Shown here: one piece after another, positions 1 to 9,824 of the stretch
Numbering within the stretch: the stretch's first letter is position 1
Layout of the letters: the number at the start of each line of letters is the position of its first letter
Source: a virus
IMG/VR virus record: IMGVR_UViG_3300038451_000147
Span: 32,001 to 96,000 of that record
DNA: 64,000 nucleotides
Direction: 5' to 3' (one strand)
Position numbers and translations under genes: made by a program
Notes under the pieces: model-generated
The model's database searches: none
What the model was told of the DNA's origin: nothing
What the model saw: the letters and a program-made list of their open reading frames with translations, nothing else

Positions 1-2
1 GA

Positions 3-227
3 TGGGTTCCCAACGACATGGTGCAGTATGGTGTCGTCCAGTTCGTTATGACAAGAGGCGGGATACCGAAACTCACCAATCTAGTCAAGCCCGGAGAGAT
101 AGACTACCAATGGTATGTGACGAAACAGATAGACCCCATCGTGTGGAGACTTGGTATTATCGAAGCTGTCACCAAGTATAAGAAGGAGAAGCCGACCAAG
201 GAAAAGACGAAGCAGACGACCCTCTAA
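3..227 (+). CDS. polB: Family B DNA polymerase, C-terminal end (5' truncated by window edge)
   Basis: Frame open from the window start; EIDYQWYVTKQIDPIVWRLG resembles the PolB thumb C-terminal motif (ID.xYY..xQI.P.V.R.L). Confidence 0.6.
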   Translation, partial: WVPNDMVQYGVVQFVMTRGGIPKLTNLVKPGEIDYQWYVTKQIDPIVWRLGIIEAVTKYKKEKPTKEKTKQTTL

Positions 228-472
228 TGGATATAGTAAGTAGTTTCTGGGTCTAATCCCTTCTTCACTACGGCTTCTTGATTCATCTTCAGGAACTCGT
301 CAAAATCGTGGACATTGAGCAGAACCATCTCCAAATCGGCCTTGTAGTTGGCTATCAGAAGCCCCTGACCCCTCACAGCGTCCTTGAGCAATCCAACAAG
401 TCCCACTATGAGAAGAGTCTCAATCACAACTGCTACAGCAAGCCCTATCGTGATTACCAAATTCCACTCCAT
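224..472 (-). CDS. Small single-pass membrane protein
   Basis: N-terminal hydrophobic helix; TATA-like CCTTAATA about 25 nt upstream of ATG. Confidence 0.6.
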   Translation of the reverse strand: MEWNLVITIGLAVAVVIETLLIVGLVGLLKDAVRGQGLLIANYKADLEMVLLNVHDFDEFLKMNQEAVVKKGLDPETTYYIH

Positions 473-510
473 ATATAGGGATATATCCCCTTCCTCTTAT
501 TAAGGATTCT

Positions 511-888
511 TCAACCATCGGTCTGGGTCAGGGTCACATCTACAGTGTAGAGGTAGGGCTTGCCACCAGTATGCACATCGCTAATCTGGCCAATCCTCAC
601 ATTATGAGACACACCTTCGACATCCGCAAGTATCTGGTCTAAAGGTTGCATGGCCGCAAGCAGAGTCTCGATGTCTTCAGCATTGGTGAAGTCTTGTGGA
701 ACGATGATGTTCAACGTGAACTCTGAATTATAGACCCCAACAATCAAAGAAGTGTCAGAAAAGGCTTGGACTCTCGAATAAGTCCTCAATTTGGCCTTCT
801 GCGATTCATCAAAAGAAGCGACTTCCAGAGGAATGGGACTCCCTTGAGGAACGCCAGCAATGACGGGTTGAAGCGTAATCTGGGTCAT
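511..888 (-). CDS. Putative tail-tip (distal tail-like) protein
   Basis: 125 aa, beta-rich, at the end of the tail module, with its own TATA box (CTTATAAG, 912-919). Confidence 0.4.
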   Translation of the reverse strand: MTQITLQPVIAGVPQGSPIPLEVASFDESQKAKLRTYSRVQAFSDTSLIVGVYNSEFTLNIIVPQDFTNAEDIETLLAAMQPLDQILADVEGVSHNVRIGQISDVHTGGKPYLYTVDVTLTQTDG

Positions 889-924
889 CGGATAGTAAAG
901 ACCAAAAGAGCCTTATAAGGGCTT

Positions 925-2982
925 CTATGGCACATTAAAGACGAATGCTTTCGCCATGTAAGGAGTCGTATTCGCACAATATATGAGTAAGATTTGACCA
1001 AGGGACGACACCTGCTCCGAAATAGAGAAACAATCACGGGAAATTACAATCCCTTGAGGGTCGGTAAAGAGTGTTGTAGGCGCACTCCACACGCCACCCG
1101 AATACTTGGAGTAATAGAACTTGGTCGCATCATACCAAAAGACGTAAAGATAGCCAGTTGCCGGGTCTACCGTTATCATTGGCATTATGTCATGCGAACC
1201 AGTGCTGACTCCAATTGATACGGGCGTTGTAGCCGTTTGTGTCGAATACGAATATTGCGAAAACATAATGTCAGTCGTGGTCAAATCTGTCCATACCATA
1301 TAAGCAGTATCGCTACCATACGTCATCATAGACGCGGCCAATGAATCATTAGCAGAAACTACTCTGATAGTGCCTTGAGAGGGATTCCAAGACACAACTC
1401 TGAGAGAGGATTTGGTTGCATTCACTCTCATAGCATAACTCGAAACTATTACTCCGCCAGTGAGAGGCGCAACGGTTCCATACACGCCAAAACTGCTACT
1501 AAAGTAATCGAATCCAAGTTTAGGAAAGCCAGAAGCGTCTACCCATGTTCCATCGGTTGTTGACGACTTGGTGATAGAAATTGCCGCACTTCCATTGCAG
1601 AACATTACCCAAGGGTGATTAGTAGAATCAACAGTAACAGAAGGAGCACCGTCTACACCTATACTATATAAATGTTGTTCTGGTTTGCTCCATGTTATTA
1701 TACCAGTAATATTAGGGATGCCCCGTCTGTAGAAAAGGGTATGACTGCTCTCGCCTTCAGCCACATAATGGACATACGTTCCGTCAAAATGAGTTGAGAA
1801 ACACTCAGCCGCAACTCCCGACAATGCCAAAACTGTTCGGATTTGAGTCGGTGTTGCCCAATTATATCCATCAGCACTCGAAGTGTATGACATCCAATTT
1901 GGCGGAGTAAGAATGAATGCCCAATACCGACCATTGGCAAAAAAGACCTTACGTTGGGAAACTTTACCAACAGTTCCGACTGTGACTGAAATTGGTTGTG
2001 GCGGAACTACAATCACTGGACAGGTGAGGTCTATATTCACTTCATTGTCTGCCTTTATCAGAGAGAAGGAAGTGTCATACAACTGTTGTCCTTGAGCAGT
2101 GACAGCAAGAGAGTCATCCGTTGGAATGGGATTTCCGACCCATCCAGCCTCAGTATGCCTCTTTATGTCACTGAGGTATCCAGTGGCTTGCTGAGTCGGA
2201 GAGACGACCTCTAGAGGGATACTCCTATTCATTTTGTCCTTCAACCAAGTATAGGCTGTAGTAGAAATCTTTGGTATCATCACAGCTTTAGACCTGCTTG
2301 AGATGCCCAACTGCTGGATTATGTCTGTCGTCATGGGTCTGGTCTGTTTGTCGGTCTTCTTGGGTATAGTGATGTTCAAACTTTGGCCACCCTGATTGAT
2401 GTAATCAGAAGAGGCGAGAGCCACATAGTCTACGATGGCTCCATTGCTACAATACATTCCAACTCCCCAAACAGGGCCGTCAGCATAGTGTCCAGCAAGA
2501 TAGAAAGCGGGAATCGAGTAATGGGTATACAGAGAAGAGTCCAGAGTGAAGGAAAAGGTTCCATCAGGAAGTGCAGAGAGAGTGCTATCCAAACAAACAA
2601 CGTAAAGGGTAGAGGTTCCAAGGCCAGCGTTCTTTGCCCTAACTCTCACATAGCCAATAAGGTCAGTTGGAATCCCAACTGGAAAGTCCTTCTCTACCGC
2701 AATGTTGGTCGGAAGATAGAGTTCATCTCCATTTGTGATGGCCGAACTCTTAAGACCGAATACTCCGGGCGTGACCACTCCACCATACACAGGGTCGCTA
2801 GTTGTAATAACACCACTACCAGTATTGGAGAAGGTGATAGCATTTCCGCCCGGAACGATGATGTCCCACCATCCAAGCGTCCCATATCCGGGCGCAGGTG
2901 CGTGGTCGGCTTGTCTGAAGGAATCGTCTTTCCAGACCAGTCTCCTTATCTCAAGCCCAAGTGGTATTGTGGTAGAGGCCAT
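925..2982 (-). CDS. Tail-tip/receptor-binding protein with C-terminal beta-propeller-like domain
   Basis: Tail module position; C-terminal half has BNR-like repeats (YTSSADGYNW, KSSTTDGTW, YSGGVWSAP). Confidence 0.6.
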   Translation of the reverse strand: MASTTIPLGLEIRRLVWKDDSFRQADHAPAPGYGTLGWWDIIVPGGNAITFSNTGSGVITTSDPVYGGVVTPGVFGLKSSAITNGDELYLPTNIAVEKDFPVGIPTDLIGYVRVRAKNAGLGTSTLYVVCLDSTLSALPDGTFSFTLDSSLYTHYSIPAFYLAGHYADGPVWGVGMYCSNGAIVDYVALASSDYINQGGQSLNITIPKKTDKQTRPMTTDIIQQLGISSRSKAVMIPKISTTAYTWLKDKMNRSIPLEVVSPTQQATGYLSDIKRHTEAGWVGNPIPTDDSLAVTAQGQQLYDTSFSLIKADNEVNIDLTCPVIVVPPQPISVTVGTVGKVSQRKVFFANGRYWAFILTPPNWMSYTSSADGYNWATPTQIRTVLALSGVAAECFSTHFDGTYVHYVAEGESSHTLFYRRGIPNITGIITWSKPEQHLYSIGVDGAPSVTVDSTNHPWVMFCNGSAAISITKSSTTDGTWVDASGFPKLGFDYFSSSFGVYGTVAPLTGGVIVSSYAMRVNATKSSLRVVSWNPSQGTIRVVSANDSLAASMMTYGSDTAYMVWTDLTTTDIMFSQYSYSTQTATTPVSIGVSTGSHDIMPMITVDPATGYLYVFWYDATKFYYSKYSGGVWSAPTTLFTDPQGIVISRDCFSISEQVSSLGQILLIYCANTTPYMAKAFVFNVP

Positions 2983-2990
2983 ATTCTCAC

Positions 2991-4481
2991 CTAATTGGCG
3001 GCTGTCACCACCGTATACGATGAGACAGATACGTTATTGGTGTCAGTTCCTATCAGTTCAAACAAAGCATGATTGTTGGTCGGAATCGCGGGGTCGTATG
3101 GAAGCGTGCCAGAAGCAACTAGATAGAGAGTCACTACAACAGGATTCGAGATGGCATCTCTAGTGATTGTAGGGGTTGTCGGAATGACAATCTGTTGAGA
3201 GTATGTATTGAGAGGTATGGGTGTGACAAAGCCCGGACTGTAGGCTAGAGTGGTATTAGCATAATCTATCAGTCTGCTAACGGTATTCACTGTAATGGTG
3301 ATAGGATACGGCACAGATGCCTTGGGTTCAATAGGATAGAAGTAGTAGAAGAGCGTGATATATCCGGCTCTAAGAAGGTCTACAGAGTTACAGAAGGCCA
3401 TGTTTCCAGCCACAGGGTCAGCATCGGTCTTCAAGTGTGTATACGTCAAAGCCGCATCGAGAGCCAAGAACGACACTGGATGTGAGTTGAGCGCACCAAT
3501 GGTGGCAGGTTCCATCCTTGAAGTATTCGCTCCTATGACTATCTGCTGTCCCACCGCAAATCCTGTGACCGACTTCACGAAGAGGATAAAGGTTCCGGTA
3601 TTGCTGTCCTTGTTTACAACAGTGTTGGCTGTTGCTATCTTCTGCACCACTCCTAATCCATAGGTCGCTATGCTAGGCAGAACTACAAGCGTGAAATCGC
3701 ACACCGCATAGGTGTTGGTTATGGAGTCGTAAGCGAAGACGTTGACTTTGTATGAAGGCGGTAAGGTAGGGTTGATGACGTTACCTGTGCCTTCTGGATT
3801 TATGAAGAGCGTCTGGTAGTTCTGAGTTGTGTAAGTGTTGAGAGCGTTGCCAGAATTGGGAGCAAGCGTGGAACTGAGAAGACCTTTCCATCCACTTTCA
3901 CCCGAACTCAAAGTCGTGAAAGTGCCAGTAGTCCAAGCGGATGGAGATGAGCCTATCTTCCCTACCCAAGTGGCGGTAGTCGCATTGACAGAGGATATGT
4001 TGGGGTCTACAGCAGAGTCAATCTTCTGAAGGAAGAAAGAGAGCGTCAGAGGGTTGTTGAACCCCTTGATTGCAGAGACATAGATTGTAACACTGTCCTT
4101 TGTGGTCGTAGTGCCACTTACGGTGGGCGTGGCGTAGAGTATCTGAAAAGTATCACCACTGTCATCTGGCGCAGGTGAAAATGCGTTGGTGGTTATTGTG
4201 GTTGCTGTATTCGATAGAATCGCCCTAATCTGGTTAATTGCAAGACCAGAAGTGTATTTCAGGTAGTAACCGACCCAATGGTTCACAGTCCATAACGCAC
4301 CCGAATCCTGTAGCACTGTCGCTGTCGTGCCAGTTGTTGTTGTGTCTGAAAACGACACAGTGTTGACGGGCGGGTTTGGTATTGAGGGCGGATTGGCCGG
4401 AACAGTGTAGTTCTGAGGCACTTGAATCAGAGCATTGTCTACCCCTATCCAGAAGACATTTGAGACCGTAGGCGCGACCAT
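2991..4481 (-). CDS. Tail-associated structural protein
   Basis: T/S/N/P-rich beta protein containing the shared ~65-aa module; start re-assigned to ATG 4481 because TTTATAAG lies ~26 nt upstream. Confidence 0.6.
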   Translation of the reverse strand: MVAPTVSNVFWIGVDNALIQVPQNYTVPANPPSIPNPPVNTVSFSDTTTTGTTATVLQDSGALWTVNHWVGYYLKYTSGLAINQIRAILSNTATTITTNAFSPAPDDSGDTFQILYATPTVSGTTTTKDSVTIYVSAIKGFNNPLTLSFFLQKIDSAVDPNISSVNATTATWVGKIGSSPSAWTTGTFTTLSSGESGWKGLLSSTLAPNSGNALNTYTTQNYQTLFINPEGTGNVINPTLPPSYKVNVFAYDSITNTYAVCDFTLVVLPSIATYGLGVVQKIATANTVVNKDSNTGTFILFVKSVTGFAVGQQIVIGANTSRMEPATIGALNSHPVSFLALDAALTYTHLKTDADPVAGNMAFCNSVDLLRAGYITLFYYFYPIEPKASVPYPITITVNTVSRLIDYANTTLAYSPGFVTPIPLNTYSQQIVIPTTPTITRDAISNPVVVTLYLVASGTLPYDPAIPTNNHALFELIGTDTNNVSVSSYTVVTAAN

Positions 4482-4522
4482 ACTAAGATTTTTAGGGGCT
4501 TGACGGCTTATAAAGATTGCCT

Positions 4523-7500
4523 CTACGGTGAGACGTAAGGATGGGGCTGATACACCCACTGTTGAGTGGGGTCGAACACCACCGCATTGTTGGGATTGGC
4601 TGTCTGAGCGTTGACGATGGCCTTGGTGAACTTGGGATTGGCTTGGTAAGAGTAGTTGACATAGACAGTGTAAGCGTTGTTCGCAGGGCTAATGGTGTAA
4701 GAGACAGGTGGATGAGTTGAAGTATCAAGTGTGTATGTAAGCCCATCGTCTACTATCTGTAGTGGAGCCATAACGCCTTGGACGAGCAAATCATAGTTAG
4801 TGGCTTTCAAGGGAGTTCCAGAAGTGGAAGTGGGCATCGTGTTACTTGTGCCACCATCGGCTCTGTAGACATTGTAACTCTGTGCATATGGGACTGAAGG
4901 CCAAGTGATGACAATCTCCGATGACACAAGCGTATAGGTATCGCCACTACCATTCGGTGCAGGTGAGAAGGCGGCAGTGGTTATCGAAGTTGCGGTATTG
5001 GAAAGAATCGTCCTCTCCTCTCCGATGGCAGGGCCACTGGTATATTCCAGAGTAAATCCTACCAAGGCGTTCACAGTCCACGCCTTACCGCTATCCTGTA
5101 GCACTGTTGCCGTTGTGCCAGCCGTAGTCGTTCCAGTGGTCTGAGCGACAGTGTATGTTCCACCCTCTGGCACAGAGTTGTTGTAAGGCTCTGGCTGAGT
5201 GTTCGTATTAGTGTTCGAGAGAGGAAGATTGAACGGGGTGCATACTTGAGAAAGCGCGGTCTCGTTGTTGTCTGGGTCTATAGCCGTTATGAGATACCAA
5301 TACTGATGCCCCAATGCGAGTTGCGAACCTGCCCCTACAGGAGTTCCATCATACACTACATTCAATCCCGGCGGAGTTTCAGGAGCAGATGTATCGAGAG
5401 ACTGAACAAAGGGTTGAGTATTCGCATCTCCGCCTAGAGTGCCGTTATCCTCATAGGAGTTTGTAGCGGTGAAGTCTAGGTAAATCAACTGAAGTATGTT
5501 CAATGTGAGTATATCCGCTATTCCAAGCACCGCCCTGTAGACATTGTAACGAGTGACAGCACTTCCCGTAGTCGGGTCTATCACTGCTGGCCAACTGAGA
5601 AAGATGTGACTGCCCGGAGTCGCAACATACCCCGATATTGAGTAATTAGACAGGGCAAACTCGTTGCCGTAAGAATCAACAGGGCAATAGAGGTATTGGC
5701 TTCCTTCCGGTGGAAAGGGAGCAGTGCCACCCGTAATTGATGCCGCAGGTAGAGTAGAAAACAGAGGGTCTGGACACCAAGAAATCGCCCCTGTGTTGCG
5801 GATTACTACCATGTATTTCCCACTTACATTGGCATTCCCACCGTCATCAGTGAGAAAGGGAGCAGAACTGGTAAGAGTTGGCGGAGAGGCGTGCGACTTG
5901 GAGATTAGCGAGAGGATGTCTGCCAGTTGGTTGAGGTTGATTACTTTGTCATAGATGGCCATTCCATCTGGTTGGATGACCGTCAAGTAGACACTGTTCG
6001 GTGCGCTACTGGCAGTGACACCCAAAGTCGTAATCTGATTTGCCGATGAAGAGTTTGAGGCATCCACTTCGACTCCGAACTGATACAAAAGGATGTCGTC
6101 TGCCTTCACTGGATTGCCAGCCGTGTCTATGGCGTTCATAGTATTGGGTATGGACTGAGCGTATACAGGGATGGCTTGAGCCTCTGCATCTGGATATACA
6201 GTCCCACTGTCTTCGTAGTCCTCACATCTCAACTGAAAGGGAGTGGCCCTGTTGGTGATGAAGTCTCCGCCACCCTGATGGATGGCCCCACCTTCTGCTT
6301 GTCTTCCCCTTCCCAACAGAGTCTTAGAGGCCGGATTGACTGTGGTATACATGAACTGCATCGCCCCACCATAAGAACCCTGTTCTTGGAAACTATGGAC
6401 GGCGTTCCATTGCTCTATCGGGACGTTCTGAACAGGGAAGGTCAGAGTGAGTGTGATGTCTTCGCCTTGGTCTGGACTCCATGTTATGTCTATAGTCTTG
6501 ATTCTAGCCGTGAAAGCGGCTGTTATGAGACCACCAGTCGGATTGTAAGAGCCTATCAAGGGGTTGCCATTGCTGTCCTCTATCACGCCACTAAGACTTG
6601 GAGCATTCACTAGAATGTAATCGCCCGGATACATCGTATGTGTGCTTGCGTAAACGTAGTCCGGCTTCAAGATGATGTTAGGAATGGGGTGCTGGAAGAA
6701 GTTGATACTGGTTCCAACATACCTCTGTATCTCGCCTTGGTCTACCACGTTGTTGAGCGTCTGGTTGGTCTGCTTCAGACCATACTCAGCGATACTTCTC
6801 TGATTGTCTATCGGAATGGCGACTACATCTGAGCCTTGGAAACTGCCACCTGTAAGGACGAAACTGTTGTTCATTGAGATGTAATCGCTAGTGAATTTGA
6901 TTGAAACGATGTTATCACCTTCTGAGAACACTATAGTATCTATAGGGTCGTATCCATTGTATACCCCAAATTCCACATAAGCCATAGGCGAATAGATGGG
7001 GTCGCTCCCTAGGAGAGTGGGGTCGTTTGCGAGTTTGGCAGAGATGTTGCAACTATTGTCTCCCAAGTGTATTCCAGTTCTGTTGTTACCATTGCCCAAG
7101 GCACTATGAACAGGGTCGAAAAGCATAACTGTTGCAGTTGGTAGTTTGGGAGCAAAGGTGTCAGTCAAAGACCCACTTGGACGGGGCGGAATGGTGTAAG
7201 GAAAGTCTCCTATATCCAACCTATACTCTGCCAAGAAAGGTTGGTTCTGGCTCGGATTGAAGAGTGCAGACGTTACCAGTCTGTCTATCGTAGCGGAGAT
7301 GTTCTGATATTGGACATTCAAATTGTCGTTCACCACAATGTTGTCAAAGTCAGTGAAATACATAATATCCGGATTCAAAAAGGTCGTCTGATGAGTGGTA
7401 GGATTCACATACCCATTGTCAGCGAAATTGGCCAACTGGAAGGCTGGCAGATGTCCAGTAGAATAAGACGTTTGGAACGCAGTTACAAGGATGTCTGCCC

Positions 7501-7936
7501 AAAGTTGACCAAACCTCAAACCTAGTGTCGGATTGAGATACACTAAATAGGGATTGGTATTGGGTTGAAGAGGCGGTGGACTCTTCCCGGCTATCTGGAA
7601 AAGCCTTGTCGCAAGCATATACCATAGACTGTTGACCTGAAAGGTGGTCACAAGTTCTGCGTCTGAAACATCATATTCTGGATTCGTGGTCATCCCTCTG
7701 AATTTGAGAGTGTAAGTTCCATCAGAATTGACACGGTAGATGTAGATTTCTCTAGCCGAAACAATCTTCTGTATCCCTGCAAGAGTGATGGTCACGTTGT
7801 CCTCTGAAGGAGCGATGTTCCTTTGGAACACTAGATTAGTCACATTCGCAAGGACGATGGCCGAAGGGTTTACTGACCCATCTGGCATCAGATAGTCCGA
7901 GTCGTATGAAACGATGTAATTGATGGTGTTAGACAT
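4523..7936 (-). CDS. Baseplate hub/central tail protein with FN3-like domains
   Basis: Directly downstream of the tape measure gene; hub-like motif SIAEYGLKQ...PGDYILV...RIKTIDITW; FN3-like LSWPAV..YNVYRA and ITWPSV..YNVYRA. Confidence 0.7.
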   Translation of the reverse strand: MSNTINYIVSYDSDYLMPDGSVNPSAIVLANVTNLVFQRNIAPSEDNVTITLAGIQKIVSAREIYIYRVNSDGTYTLKFRGMTTNPEYDVSDAELVTTFQVNSLWYMLATRLFQIAGKSPPPLQPNTNPYLVYLNPTLGLRFGQLWADILVTAFQTSYSTGHLPAFQLANFADNGYVNPTTHQTTFLNPDIMYFTDFDNIVVNDNLNVQYQNISATIDRLVTSALFNPSQNQPFLAEYRLDIGDFPYTIPPRPSGSLTDTFAPKLPTATVMLFDPVHSALGNGNNRTGIHLGDNSCNISAKLANDPTLLGSDPIYSPMAYVEFGVYNGYDPIDTIVFSEGDNIVSIKFTSDYISMNNSFVLTGGSFQGSDVVAIPIDNQRSIAEYGLKQTNQTLNNVVDQGEIQRYVGTSINFFQHPIPNIILKPDYVYASTHTMYPGDYILVNAPSLSGVIEDSNGNPLIGSYNPTGGLITAAFTARIKTIDITWSPDQGEDITLTLTFPVQNVPIEQWNAVHSFQEQGSYGGAMQFMYTTVNPASKTLLGRGRQAEGGAIHQGGGDFITNRATPFQLRCEDYEDSGTVYPDAEAQAIPVYAQSIPNTMNAIDTAGNPVKADDILLYQFGVEVDASNSSSANQITTLGVTASSAPNSVYLTVIQPDGMAIYDKVINLNQLADILSLISKSHASPPTLTSSAPFLTDDGGNANVSGKYMVVIRNTGAISWCPDPLFSTLPAASITGGTAPFPPEGSQYLYCPVDSYGNEFALSNYSISGYVATPGSHIFLSWPAVIDPTTGSAVTRYNVYRAVLGIADILTLNILQLIYLDFTATNSYEDNGTLGGDANTQPFVQSLDTSAPETPPGLNVVYDGTPVGAGSQLALGHQYWYLITAIDPDNNETALSQVCTPFNLPLSNTNTNTQPEPYNNSVPEGGTYTVAQTTGTTTAGTTATVLQDSGKAWTVNALVGFTLEYTSGPAIGEERTILSNTATSITTAAFSPAPNGSGDTYTLVSSEIVITWPSVPYAQSYNVYRADGGTSNTMPTSTSGTPLKATNYDLLVQGVMAPLQIVDDGLTYTLDTSTHPPVSYTISPANNAYTVYVNYSYQANPKFTKAIVNAQTANPNNAVVFDPTQQWVYQPHPYVSP

Positions 7937-8853
7937 CAGTATACACCCCTCTGTTTCTGTGAGGCCAACAGGGTCTTAGCCAAAGCATTCTCCACTTCCT
8001 GTCTCACTCTAGCCAAGTCTACGTTGCTTGTAGCGTGAATATGAATCTCAACATTAGATGCTCCGACTACTCCACCACCTGTTGCTCCTTTTGGAACCAC
8101 CGTCTCGCCAGCGTGAACTAGAGCAAGACCAGTTTTAGGAACGAAACCACCAGACTGGTAAATACCTGCAAATGCAACAGCAGGAAGAACTTTCTCTGCG
8201 ACTGAAACCAAACCACCTGCACCTTCCGCACCAGCAAGTCCGACTTGGGCGGTTGTCTCCGCTTCTGTCGTTGCAATAGCCCCAAGTTGGGCTACTCTTA
8301 AAGCCGACAGAGCCACTACAAATGTATCCACTGTGGTTGCTATCTCTGTAAAGGCCGTCATAATCTTGGCCGCATTACTGAAACTCGCTGTCACATACGC
8401 ATTTGCGGCAACCATCTCATTCACCTTGCTCTGCTTGTAGAGAGCACCAACATAATTTGCGGCCACAGTTGCCCTTGTTGCCTCTTCTGAACCTTTACCA
8501 TAGACTTGGGTAGCAACAGACTGCAAAGCAATTCCCTGTGTGTAGACATTCTGAGCGCGAATCATCTTGATTTGAGCATTATACAAGTCAACCAATTCAT
8601 TGATATTGCCAGCCGCCAAATCTGCCAAAGCCGCAAAAGAAGAGTTCCATGCTGACATAACAGTAGAGAACGTCTTGACTCCTTGGATACCTATAGACAT
8701 AGCCGCAGACATCCCGGCTTGTGCTTCTGCTTCTTCTTTTATTGCTGATGTTAGTTGCTTTGAAACATCATAGCCTTCTGCCATTGCTATCCGTAAATCG
8801 CCTACACCTTCAGCAAGTTCAAGAATATCCTTCTTACTCATCACCGTTGCCAT
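7936..8853 (-). CDS. Tape measure protein (short, 305 aa)
   Basis: Ala-rich helical protein between chaperone and hub; typical TMP C-terminal motif GGFVPKTGLALVHAGETVVP. Confidence 0.75.
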   Translation of the reverse strand: MATVMSKKDILELAEGVGDLRIAMAEGYDVSKQLTSAIKEEAEAQAGMSAAMSIGIQGVKTFSTVMSAWNSSFAALADLAAGNINELVDLYNAQIKMIRAQNVYTQGIALQSVATQVYGKGSEEATRATVAANYVGALYKQSKVNEMVAANAYVTASFSNAAKIMTAFTEIATTVDTFVVALSALRVAQLGAIATTEAETTAQVGLAGAEGAGGLVSVAEKVLPAVAFAGIYQSGGFVPKTGLALVHAGETVVPKGATGGGVVGASNVEIHIHATSNVDLARVRQEVENALAKTLLASQKQRGVY

Positions 8854-8867
8854 ACTATCTTATAAGG

Positions 8868-9427
8868 CTACGTCTGGGTTAATAAGGTTGTCGGACTTGT
8901 CAGAATTTGCTCTCTTTGATGCTTCTTCTCAAGTCTCTTCCTTTCAGCTTCGACAACGAACCTATAGGCTAGAAGCAGTTCTCTTATCTCAAGAGCCGTC
9001 ATTTTAAGGGCTTCCTCTCTGGGAATGCCCAAAAGGTCTTGAAGCGTCTTCAGAACAGCATACTTGTCATACTTACCAAGTATGGTTTTGACTTCGTTTA
9101 GAGTCTCTTCGTCTTTGGTGTTGGTGACTCCTGTGACGGTGAGTTCTTTAAGAGTGATAAAAAACTGGTTTCATAGACGTTGAATCTCTGTAGTTCAACC
9201 CAAAGATGGAGAACCGTTTCTTTGTCTACCGCTTTCACAGCCTCTATAGACTCGAACTTAGGCTCGACTGTCCCATAGAAGACCATAATGGCTTGCTGTT
9301 CCACAAGTTTGTCCTTGTTAGACGCGATAAGCCTATCTACAAGACTGCCCTCTTCAAGATTGAAGCGTTTGATGGTATACTTCGTGCCTCTAACTGTTAC
9401 TTGCTTGGTTTCAGTAGTCACAAGCAT
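8868..9427 (-). CDS. Frameshifted tail chaperone (G-T-like, ~186 aa) via -1 programmed frameshift
   Basis: TTTTTTA at 9164-9158; the -1 frame is open for 96 codons to TAG 8870-8868 and encodes LGIPREEALKMTALEIRELL. Confidence 0.75.
9098..9427 (-). CDS. Tail assembly chaperone (G-like)
   Basis: Lies between tail tube and TMP; in-frame slippery heptamer T TTT TTA near its 3' end. Confidence 0.75.
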   Translation of the reverse strand: MLVTTETKQVTVRGTKYTIKRFNLEEGSLVDRLIASNKDKLVEQQAIMVFYGTVEPKFESIEAVKAVDKETVLHLWVELQRFNVYETSFLSLLKNSPSQESPTPKTKRL

Positions 9428-9453
9428 TAGAAGGGTAAGAGACTATATAAAGA

Positions 9454-9774
9454 TTACTGGCCGAGTATCCTTCTTTCGTTCTCATCCAGTCGGTGTCTGA
9501 GGTCTTGGGCTTGCTCCTGATTCCTGAGATTCATGACCTCACTAGCGGCAGTTCCATACACGACATTCGGGTAAGGAGCGTCTCTAAGAATCCCTTGGAC
9601 ATCCGCGCCATTGAGGTTAACACCCCAAAGAGCGGCCACAACCCCTGTTAAGAACATCACTCCCATACTATCAGCGAATGCCGATGCCATGTCTAACCCT
9701 AGCAGAGAAAGCCCTGCAAACGACCCTATGAGTGCCAGTATCATAAGCCCCAAGATTCCCTTTTGTCCTATCAT
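9454..9774 (-). CDS. Two-TM membrane protein
   Basis: Two hydrophobic segments; own TATA box near 9797-9804. Confidence 0.55.
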   Translation of the reverse strand: MIGQKGILGLMILALIGSFAGLSLLGLDMASAFADSMGVMFLTGVVAALWGVNLNGADVQGILRDAPYPNVVYGTAASEVMNLRNQEQAQDLRHRLDENERRILGQ

Positions 9775-9824
9775 ACCTTGTGGATAGTCTGTAACCTTTA
9801 TAAACCTTTCTGGCTAACCGTCAA

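Noticed and set aside
2383-3663. Long antisense ORFs here and elsewhere (e.g. 24696-25271, 39150-39695, 57254-57841)
   Set aside because: They are shadows of motif-supported genes on the other strand, with no promoter or recognisable motif.
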